Origin: Candidatus Zixiibacteriota bacterium
GTDB lineage: Bacteria; Zixibacteria; MSB-5A5; GN15; FEB-12
Length of the DNA stretch: 33,574 bases
NCBI GenBank assembly: GCA_003641415.1
Contig: QNAG01000001.1
Span: forward strand, 1-33,574
Reading direction: 5' to 3'
Every line of letters begins with the position of its first letter. The stretch's first letter is position 1. The translations under genes were made by a program, and so were the position numbers. This document shows positions 8,496-15,738 of this stretch, piece after piece. Under the pieces are notes generated by a model. That model worked only from the letters and a program-made list of their open reading frames with translations. It did not search any database and was not told the DNA's origin.

Positions 8496-8831
8496 TTAGC
8501 CCTTAAACAGAAGAACCAATGAGAAAAGAGTTACGGTTACTGGCAGCGCAATAAAAAACGAATACGGTGTTACAAATGACACCAGGACAGCTACTCCAAC
8601 TGAGGGGACAAGCAGATATTTGATGGCAGAGTAGCCTATTTTAGCTATTCTACTGATAATAAACAGAAGCAGCACACCAAGGACAATGTAAGTTGCGATT
8701 AAACCATTTTGTCCAAAGTTGTCCAGAATCAGTTCTTTGGCAGAACCGAGCATTCCGGAAAACTTTTCGGCTTCACTTGATGCCTGCTCAGCCAAACTTT
8801 CCAATCTATCTTGAAGCTCAGTACTTATCAT
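8496..8831 (-). CDS. Uncharacterised small membrane protein (about 111 aa; soluble helical N-terminus plus three predicted TM helices)
   Basis: The track ORF is 8496..8846. I prefer the ATG at 8831 (MISTELQ...) because a GAGGA lies 5 nt upstream. Hydrophobic segments are LIATYIVLGVLLLFIISRIA, YLLVPSVGVAVLVSFVTPY and FFIALPVTVTLFSLVLLF. It overlaps the stop of the upstream ORF by 14 nt. Confidence 0.65.
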   Translation of the reverse strand: MISTELQDRLESLAEQASSEAEKFSGMLGSAKELILDNFGQNGLIATYIVLGVLLLFIISRIAKIGYSAIKYLLVPSVGVAVLVSFVTPYSFFIALPVTVTLFSLVLLFKG

Positions 8832-9051
8832 ACTGTTCCTCATCAATAGGCTCGATTGTTAGCGAAGATTCTCCTACTCTCATCAGTCCTACCATACGCT
8901 GGGTAAGGAAATTTTTGGAGGAAATCCACTGGTGGGATAATTCCAAAATCTCTGACTGTTCCAAATCGGATTCCCAGTCAAGTATCAGTTGGTCGATTGT
9001 ACGGTCATCGACTATTAGATCATCCATTATCAGCACAAACTTAACTTTCAT
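8818..9051 (-). CDS. Uncharacterised small acidic protein (77 aa)
   Basis: The track ORF is 8818..9108. The ATG at 9108 lies inside the predicted sigma54 promoter, so I prefer the ATG at 9051 (MKVKFVLIMDDLIVDD...). The protein is rich in Asp/Glu and has no hydrophobic segment. It appears translationally coupled to the membrane-protein ORF. I recognised no family. Confidence 0.55.
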   Translation of the reverse strand: MKVKFVLIMDDLIVDDRTIDQLILDWESDLEQSEILELSHQWISSKNFLTQRMVGLMRVGESSLTIEPIDEEQYDKY

Positions 9052-9099
9052 GGCTCTCTGTCCTGCAAAGATGTTCGTGTTATTACTGCCGAGTCTTTT

Positions 9100-9115
9100 T
9101 GCAACCATTATGCCA
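9100..9115 (-). promoter_or_regulatory. Sigma54 (-24/-12) promoter in front of the acidic-protein/membrane-protein pair
   Basis: The minus strand reads CTGGCATAATGGTTGCAAAAAG, i.e. TGGCA-N6-TTGCA with the exact consensus spacing. It lies about 48 nt upstream of the ATG at 9051. It is nearly identical to the site at 8308-8323 (both are CTGGCA-N6-TTGCAAA). Confidence 0.65.
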
Positions 9116-9261
9116 GCACCGACCTGGAAACATCGGTAAAAACCTATGTGCTTTCACTTCAATAGATTACGATGGCAAATGTGCAGATTTTGGACAGGAA
9201 GGAACACATTTCCTGCTCAGATTAAGTCAGGAACTATAGGACAGAGCCCTCATGGTATCGG

Positions 9262-9301
9262 GTATAATAGAAAGACCCGACTGCATTTAAGCAGTCGGGC
9301 C
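9262..9301 (-). terminator. Intrinsic terminator (minus strand) closing the upstream ORF-free structured region
   Basis: A 9-bp GC-rich stem pairs CCCGACTGC (9276-9284) with GCAGTCGGG (9291-9299), with a 6-nt loop. On the minus strand it is followed by TCTTTCTATTAT. On the plus strand no T-run follows it, so it is oriented for minus-strand transcripts. Confidence 0.7.
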
Positions 9302-9740
9302 AATCGCATTACGGATATCAACTTTTCAATTCGAAACACCGTCAGTTGCTGTCCGGGGAACCGGTTACAAGAACCCATTTGGGGCAAGAGAGCGTGCGCC
9401 GAATCCTTTTTAACCGGTAAGTGGCTGATCGTGTCATTCCCTGACTCCGATCAATTTTGGCCGGAAAGCCACCTTCGATATCTCAGCTCCGCGAGAGTGT
9501 GGTGTAGTCTCTCTTAGAACCTGTTTGTGTCCACCTTGCTTTATGGCAAAAAAGCCATCGACCGGTGGACTTTTCAATCCATTGGCAGTTCCTCCCTTAG
9601 TAAATCGACTCCTCATGGCGGTAATCTGGTAAGGGGGAATGAAATTACTAAACTCTCATTTCGTGAGAGCATATAGAAAAACTCAACAGGTGGGGAGGTC
9701 ACTATCTGTCGTTCGAGAGGTATTCTTCTTTAGTGAACCT
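9302..9740 (-). ncRNA. Candidate structured non-coding RNA or long leader, family unknown; the 5' boundary is uncertain
   Basis: There is no credible ORF; the only one is a 60-aa ORF without an RBS. A chain of local helices is visible on the minus strand:
- CTCTCA/TGAGAG at 9653-9671.
- CCCTTA/TAAGGG at 9594-9599 with 9630-9635.
- GTCCACC/GGTGGAC at 9529-9535 with 9564-9570, enclosing ATGGC/GCCAT.
- GAGAG/CTCTC at 9493-9513.
- GTGGCTGATCG (9421-9431) pairing with CGATCA (9448-9453) and AGCCAC (9467-9472).
- ACCGGTTA/TAACCGGT at 9360-9367 with 9411-9418.

The region ends in the terminator at 9262-9301. A possible sigma70 promoter is TTGACA (9775-9770), a 17-nt spacer and TACTTT (9752-9747). 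Confidence 0.35.
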
Positions 9741-9831
9741 ACAATTAAAGTAATATATGCCCCTCGATTTGTCAAGCAAAACTATGCGGGGACACCTCAC
9801 AACGGCTCACACGGCCTGTCCATAGAGGGTA

Positions 9832-9866
9832 ATGTACAAAAAGTAGAGGTAGGCTCCTATCTACTT
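9832..9866 (-). terminator. Intrinsic terminator of the GT-C-like membrane protein gene
   Basis: Seventeen nt downstream of the stop at 9883-9885, the stem AAGTAGA (9841-9847) pairs with TCTACTT (9860-9866). On the minus strand it is followed by TTTTTGT. Confidence 0.6.
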
Positions 9867-9882
9867 CTAATTTAATGTCGCC

Positions 9883-11316
9883 CTACTCCATCCTATGATA
9901 GATATTGAATTCCCAAGCATCCAACAAGGGCGAGGCGAAGGTCTTGCGGTATTCATACAACTGAGTGAATGCTGCGCTATCGAGAAAACCAGCAGTGGGG
10001 TCAGATGGAGAGATCACCAGCCACTCCGGTCGGGAATCGATAATCAAACCCATATAATCACCGCGCCGATTGTAAGATGCTGCCTCCGGGGAAACCAGTC
10101 CTGCTCGATCAAGAATTCTCCGTTCACAATAGTATCCAACATAGCCGAGGTCCTCGGTTGCTACAACGTCGTTTTCATCAGCATTGGCATGAATATACCT
10201 GATCACCCCGTCGTGAATGGTCGAGAGAACATCCCATTCGTGTCGATAATTCCTGACTGTTGGATAATTGGCCACAGCCAGTAGTATCACCAACACCGCT
10301 CCAATCAGAAGCTGCTGGATTCGCGAAACATCGGCCAACATCCGCCACTTATCAGCCAAAATCAGAACTGACGCTGATGCAAACAAGATATAGATGGGAT
10401 AGATCGGCGCAATGTACCACCGGAAAACTAGAGTAGAACTGAAAGTCAACGCCACGATAGTGACCAACATCCAAACGAACTCAAGACGACCAAATTGGTA
10501 TTTGCGCATCAGCCTCCAGCCTCCGACCACGGCCAGTGCAAACATCACCCAGCCAAACGGATTGTGCCAGCCCATTACGAAGATGAAGTTGTCACTTGTT
10601 GATGATGCCCATACACGACTGTATAGCGCCAACTTGGCACCGATTGAATTGGGAATTGGTGAACCGAAGTAGACCGAAGCAAACACAACCCAAGGTAAAA
10701 GAATCAGTACGGCCATCACAGCCAGCGCGAACACCCGTCGGAGCTGCCGCAGGCCGATGTACGCCAGCAGTATGCCAAGCACCAGCAGCCCTTCTGGACG
10801 GACCAGTGTCGCCAGCGCCGCCATGATGACAGCGTGCATGGGCAGACGTTGGTACTGATAATAGAACGCCGCCGTTACCAGAAGCGTGAACAAAGCCGTC
10901 TCCATGCCGCCGGTATCAGTGGGGAGAAGGCGCGGAAAGAGGACATAGAGAGTTACCGGCACAAATGTAAAACGACCGAATCCAATCGAGTCGGCCAATC
11001 GGAATATAAAAATTGCAGTCAAACCGGAAGCAAGCAGTGATACAACTAATGCTGTTGTTGGGATTGGTACACCGATAGCGCCCAATGCCGCCAGTATCAG
11101 CGTAAACAGCGGCGTAGTTGTACCCAGCACCCGATCGCCGAGGTTAAAGACAAAGCCATTCCCGGCGGCGAGGTTCGCGGCATAACGGAACGTAATAAAC
11201 GCATCGTCAAACGTGAACCGGGTCAAAGCGTGGAAGAACAACCGGGCTGCAACCGTTCCAAGTAGAATAATTGAATATAATCGAATTCGTTTCGACAATC
11301 TCATTGCTCTTTCCAC
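9883..11316 (-). CDS. Polytopic membrane protein, GT-C-fold glycosyltransferase-like (ArnT/PMT-like) with a soluble C-terminal domain
   Basis: The ORF is about 473-477 aa with about 12 hydrophobic segments. An acidic FDDAFITFRYAANLAAGNGF motif follows the first TM helix; a DD/DE motif in the first loop is the hallmark of GT-C enzymes. The track start at 11316 is GTG, and the ATG at 11304 (MRLSKRIRLY...) is equally plausible. The substrate is unknown. Confidence 0.75.
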   Translation of the reverse strand: MERAMRLSKRIRLYSIILLGTVAARLFFHALTRFTFDDAFITFRYAANLAAGNGFVFNLGDRVLGTTTPLFTLILAALGAIGVPIPTTALVVSLLASGLTAIFIFRLADSIGFGRFTFVPVTLYVLFPRLLPTDTGGMETALFTLLVTAAFYYQYQRLPMHAVIMAALATLVRPEGLLVLGILLAYIGLRQLRRVFALAVMAVLILLPWVVFASVYFGSPIPNSIGAKLALYSRVWASSTSDNFIFVMGWHNPFGWVMFALAVVGGWRLMRKYQFGRLEFVWMLVTIVALTFSSTLVFRWYIAPIYPIYILFASASVLILADKWRMLADVSRIQQLLIGAVLVILLAVANYPTVRNYRHEWDVLSTIHDGVIRYIHANADENDVVATEDLGYVGYYCERRILDRAGLVSPEAASYNRRGDYMGLIIDSRPEWLVISPSDPTAGFLDSAAFTQLYEYRKTFASPLLDAWEFNIYHRME

Positions 11317-11423
11317 TGGATGGTTTCCCGTGGATAATCAACCTGCAATCACCGTGACAGAACCACATAGAGGTTCTACCCTACATAGTTTCTTTCAGAC
11401 ATTCAAGCCTTTATCGTACTTTA

Positions 11424-13058
11424 TCAATCCACCAACTTCGATTTAGCCGTAGCGGAATCCAAAACCGGAAGGCGGAATTGATTGGGACGCTCGCGCAATA
11501 CCCTTCTCAGCCATGACTGTGGGTAGCCCTTATCCTGTGGTCGATGGTTTTCATCTTGAACATAGCCGTCGTTGTATTTCGTTATCAAATGCTCGGCCAG
11601 TTGTTTCCATCGGGCTACAGTCTGTTCGCCGCGCATGACGGAATAATCGGTGAGGTAACGTGTCATTAGTTCGGGGTTTGTTTTGTAAAGCTCGAGAGCT
11701 GTTTTCTCAACGGCCAGTTGCAGGGCCAGACAAGTTCCCTCGAGTTCGTTCTGTACAGCCACAATCTCGGGAACCATGTAGCTGTATTTCAAATTGGCAT
11801 AATTGGCTACAAGATTAAATACCCACCATGCTGATTCCCAGGAGAAGGCGGCTATGCTACCGCGAGCGTATGATTCAGGAATAGCATCGATGCCACAATA
11901 GAAAGGGACATAGCAAGTCATGTAAGTGTCATCGACACCGTACCAGTAAACCCCTCCGATAGGATCGGGCAACCACGACCGCGATTGAGACACAAAAGAG
12001 AAGCCGGTCTGCTGGGTAGAGATTGGTCGTTCCCATGCATAGACAATACTGGTATCGACCTCACTGGAATCTCTCCAAGTCATTGGGCGCCAACGATTGG
12101 GGGTACCATACGGCCCGGCATCTATTCCTTTTGTCATATCATAATCGGTGCCTTCATAATGGTCACGCATCAAAGAAAAAACATCGGATAGTGAAAGTTT
12201 CTTATCCGGTTTAATCCAAAGAGGATACGGTTTCGCATTAGGTACAGCCCGGTGATAGTCTGATGAGAAATTGAGAGAGGGAGCAGAGCGGCGGAAGATA
12301 CTCCACACACGAGCATCTGCATAACGCTGGTTACTGGGTGTTGCTGGGCAATAGGCTTCGCAGAATCGGAATGGTTCGCCGGAGTTGGGATCATAATAGC
12401 CTTTTTCAATGGCAAATGAAATAGCGTTCTCGCTGTAAAGGCAGTTATCGGAATCATCGAGAGGAAACTCACCTATACGAGCCTTATTGGCATGACAGGA
12501 GATGTAGCCGTCAGGAATCCGCACAGTGACCCACTCGGCTCCGTGGCCGCCCTCCCCGGGGCCAAACATCTCCATGATCCAGGCTTCATTAGTATCAGCA
12601 ATCGAAAAAGTCTCACCGGTCGATCCATAACCGTAACGATCCACCAAGTCGGTCATCACCTTGATCGCTTCGCGGGCTGTACGAGCGCGCTGCAAAGCAA
12701 GATTCATCATATCCCAGTAGTGTAGCAAACCGTCTGGATTGCGTAACTCCTCACGCCCACTCGAGGTAGTTTCGCTGATCGCCAATTGGTGTTCATTCAT
12801 CATACCTACAACAGCGTAAGTATGATCAACCTGATCGACCCAGCCTCTAACATTACCGTGCCAGTCGGTGATTGCCAGGGAATCTCCGGGCCCGTAATCG
12901 GCGGCAGGGGTGAATTCAAGTTCCGGGTGGAATCTCCCGTCGCAGGTATAGGTGATCATTACCGAACCGTCGACCGATGCTCCTTTTGTCACCAATAGAT
13001 TCGTGCAGGCTACGGTGTACCCACCACTAGTAAGTGAAATAATCATAATGAACGTCAT
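11424..13058 (-). CDS. Peptidase family C69 dipeptidase (secreted)
   Basis: The putative nucleophile context TVACTNLLVTKGASVDGSVMITYTCDG follows a signal-like segment, and the length and motifs are typical of C69 (PepD-like) enzymes. The track ORF extends to 13199. I prefer the ATG at 13058 (MTFIMIISLTSGGYTVAC...), which gives a normal signal peptide. Confidence 0.88.
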   Translation of the reverse strand: MTFIMIISLTSGGYTVACTNLLVTKGASVDGSVMITYTCDGRFHPELEFTPAADYGPGDSLAITDWHGNVRGWVDQVDHTYAVVGMMNEHQLAISETTSSGREELRNPDGLLHYWDMMNLALQRARTAREAIKVMTDLVDRYGYGSTGETFSIADTNEAWIMEMFGPGEGGHGAEWVTVRIPDGYISCHANKARIGEFPLDDSDNCLYSENAISFAIEKGYYDPNSGEPFRFCEAYCPATPSNQRYADARVWSIFRRSAPSLNFSSDYHRAVPNAKPYPLWIKPDKKLSLSDVFSLMRDHYEGTDYDMTKGIDAGPYGTPNRWRPMTWRDSSEVDTSIVYAWERPISTQQTGFSFVSQSRSWLPDPIGGVYWYGVDDTYMTCYVPFYCGIDAIPESYARGSIAAFSWESAWWVFNLVANYANLKYSYMVPEIVAVQNELEGTCLALQLAVEKTALELYKTNPELMTRYLTDYSVMRGEQTVARWKQLAEHLITKYNDGYVQDENHRPQDKGYPQSWLRRVLRERPNQFRLPVLDSATAKSKLVD

Positions 13059-13266
13059 GAATGTTCTGAAACATCTTAGCACTGTGATTTTCTCCTGAAA
13101 GGCATTTCTAATTATCCGCAAGTAACAGCCTGCACCCGTCGCAGGCAAACAGAAAAGATTGTGATTATGGTAAAACCACCAGGGATTTGTTGACATCATC
13201 AGTTTTACTAAACTTATTTACAAACAACTCGTAAATAAATTATCATCAAGAAGCGAAAGGACAATA

Positions 13267-15630
13267 ATGCTTTTTAAAAAAAGTCATACCTTTGCCATGC
13301 TTGCATTAATGTTTGCTGTCATTATAACTCAACCAGTTTTTCCTGCTGTTCTTCGCGGAACAGTTATTGATAATGAAACGAAAGAACCTGTTCCACTGAC
13401 GACAATCCGTATTCAGGGTACGGGACAATCAATGCTGTCTAATGATGATGGTCAGTACCGTCTTCGCTTGGAGCCGGGTAAGTATAACATCAAGTTCAGT
13501 CATGTAGCTCACTATTCTGAAATTATCGAGATCACAATTTCTGATTCTACAATGTTTCAGGATATTTTCCTTCGTCCGGCGGTGATAGAGCTTCCGGGAA
13601 CAACTGTTTACAATAAAGCCTATGATCCCGGTCAGGAAATCATTATTCGCGCCATCGCTCACAAAGAAGAGTTGCTTCGAAAAATACATGACTACCAGTT
13701 CGACGCTTACACAAAGCTGGTAGTGCATGAAATAGAAAGTGAAGACAGCTCCAGCATTGCTATTATAACCGAAACACAAATCACAGGCTTCTGGGAAAGA
13801 CCCAAAAAATATAAGGAAATCATTACAGCACGAAAGCAGACATCCAATCTTCAAGCCGAACAGAATATGATCACGGTTGGTCAGATATTCAATCTGAACG
13901 CCAATCGCCTCGATTTCGGATTACAGCAGGTGGTGTCACCGACGGCTAATGATGCTCTGGACTACTATAATTACTACCTTATGGATACTATCCAGATTGA
14001 CGGGAGACCTGTTTTTCAACTTGAGATCGAACCCCGGAGTTCAGCGCATCCTCTTTTTGTTGGAGAGTTGCTCATTGCTGATTCTACGTATGATGTTGTA
14101 GGTGTAGATGTTGGTTTCAATGAAGGGTTTGATGCTCCTTACATCAACGATCTGTCCTACCGTCAGATGTATGCCGCTTTTGATAATGACATTTGGATGC
14201 CTATCGAAATTCGTTACACAGGGGAAATAGATGTGCCGGGAGGAGCCATTCCTACCATGGCATTCGATTTTGTTACTGCATTACATCGTTATACAATCAA
14301 TGAAGGTATTCCCGATGGTATATTTGATCAGTATGTTATAGAGGTGGCCGAGGAGGCTGATGATATTGATTCAGTCGCCTGGAACGCAAATCAGCTTATT
14401 CCACTTACTGATGAGGAAGCACATGGTTACACCTACATTGATTCAGTTGAAAACTTGCCAATGTCAACTCTCGGGATCGTGAAAAAAACGTGTATTACAA
14501 CTTTGAATGTGCTTATCACACAATACGATTTCTTTCATTTCAACCGTGTGGAAGGACCTTATCTAGGATTTGCTGTCCCAATTACGGGAATTATTCCCAA
14601 TCTGAAATTGAAACTTGGCACTGGTTACGCCTTCGAGGGTGAATACTGGCAGCACCGTTATGAACTGTCGTACACATTTTGGGAACGTTTGCAAAGCACA
14701 GTCAGTTTTGGCTACCGCGACCAGATTCGCAACCGCAGCACTATCGCTTCTCCCAACTATAACCCTACCACATGGGCTCTCTTTAAGAAAATTGATCCAT
14801 ATGATTATTTCCTTGAAAAAGGATTCGATTTTCACCTGCTAACAAAAATATTACCGAAAACCAGTCTGCATCTTAAGTATGTTGATGTTAATCAGTATTC
14901 TGTTGAAAATGCAACTGACTACAGTCTGATATGGGCCAAGGACAAAGAACATCGTCCAAATATTGATATCATCAACGGGAAGATGCGTTCGGTGAGCGGT
15001 TCTCTTCGTTGGGATAGCAGCCCCCTGATAAAAGTCAAGGGTAAGGAATCAAAAGCGTTCTCTCTTCCTCAAACGATACTGGAAATCGGGGGTGAAACTT
15101 CTTGGCCTCAGTTCATCGACAGTGACTTCAAATTTCAGCGAGGTTATATTTGGCTTCAGCACAAGAGAGGTCTGCCGGGGTTAGGTATTTTTCAGACGCG
15201 CATTTACGCTGGTATGTCTGACAAACAATTGCCACCGCAAAGATATTTCATCATGGACTTCGGTGATACCTACTTTGAGCAGTTAACATCCTTCAAAACT
15301 CAGGGTAAGGTTAATTTCTCTGGTGATCGTGTTTTGTCTATTTATTCCGCTCAGAATTTTGGGAGCGCACTATTTCGTCGCTTGCGAGTGCCGCTGCTGA
15401 GAAAGATGTCCGTCTCATTTTTTGTTTACGGTGGTGCCTTCTGGTGTGATTTTAGAGATGAATCAATTCAACTGCCAAACGAGCGGCTCATCACAGCTTC
15501 AAAACCATACTCGGAGATAGGCTTTGGTTTTGGGCGCATTCCACCGATATTTCTGAGAGCATTCTTCACCTGGCAATTGTCCGATTATGATACCAACGAC
15601 TTCACCTTCAAGATTGGGATGTTTTTCTAA
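13267..15630 (+). CDS. CarboxypepD_reg-like domain + DUF5686 outer-membrane protein
   Basis: 787-aa ORF with a signal peptide. The N-terminal LRGTVIDNETKEPVPLTTIRIQGTGQSMLSNDDGQYRLRLEPGKYNIKFSHVAHY matches the carboxypeptidase-regulatory-like fold. The long C-terminal part is beta-rich with aromatic residues and ends in ...FKIGMFF, consistent with a beta-barrel terminus. An AGGA RBS lies 6 nt upstream. Confidence 0.82.
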   Translation: MLFKKSHTFAMLALMFAVIITQPVFPAVLRGTVIDNETKEPVPLTTIRIQGTGQSMLSNDDGQYRLRLEPGKYNIKFSHVAHYSEIIEITISDSTMFQDIFLRPAVIELPGTTVYNKAYDPGQEIIIRAIAHKEELLRKIHDYQFDAYTKLVVHEIESEDSSSIAIITETQITGFWERPKKYKEIITARKQTSNLQAEQNMITVGQIFNLNANRLDFGLQQVVSPTANDALDYYNYYLMDTIQIDGRPVFQLEIEPRSSAHPLFVGELLIADSTYDVVGVDVGFNEGFDAPYINDLSYRQMYAAFDNDIWMPIEIRYTGEIDVPGGAIPTMAFDFVTALHRYTINEGIPDGIFDQYVIEVAEEADDIDSVAWNANQLIPLTDEEAHGYTYIDSVENLPMSTLGIVKKTCITTLNVLITQYDFFHFNRVEGPYLGFAVPITGIIPNLKLKLGTGYAFEGEYWQHRYELSYTFWERLQSTVSFGYRDQIRNRSTIASPNYNPTTWALFKKIDPYDYFLEKGFDFHLLTKILPKTSLHLKYVDVNQYSVENATDYSLIWAKDKEHRPNIDIINGKMRSVSGSLRWDSSPLIKVKGKESKAFSLPQTILEIGGETSWPQFIDSDFKFQRGYIWLQHKRGLPGLGIFQTRIYAGMSDKQLPPQRYFIMDFGDTYFEQLTSFKTQGKVNFSGDRVLSIYSAQNFGSALFRRLRVPLLRKMSVSFFVYGGAFWCDFRDESIQLPNERLITASKPYSEIGFGFGRIPPIFLRAFFTWQLSDYDTNDFTFKIGMFF

Positions 15631-15738
15631 CCGGTTTATTTGTCAATTCGGTAATAAGCAAAGACGGTGCAACACAAAGCCGCACTCTATGCGGGATTAA
15701 TAAGATTGTGGCTTTATCAATATTCTGCTGTAGGCCCG

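Noticed and set aside
9434-9616. 60-aa minus-strand ORF inside the structured region
   Set aside because: There is no Shine-Dalgarno sequence upstream of its ATG, although neighbouring genes have clear ones. The ORF is threaded through several stable helices, and its product resembles no family I know.
9262-9740. Identification of this region, and of 2118-2491 and 21230-21430, as RNase P RNA, tmRNA, SRP RNA, or a TPP, cobalamin, c-di-GMP-I or T-box element
   Set aside because: Eye comparison with the conserved cores found only short, out-of-order resemblances: GAAAAGTCCACC, GGAGCTGAGA, GGACGCAATGCC. The partner elements required by each fold are missing or lie in the wrong order or orientation. 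A covariance-model search is still needed.
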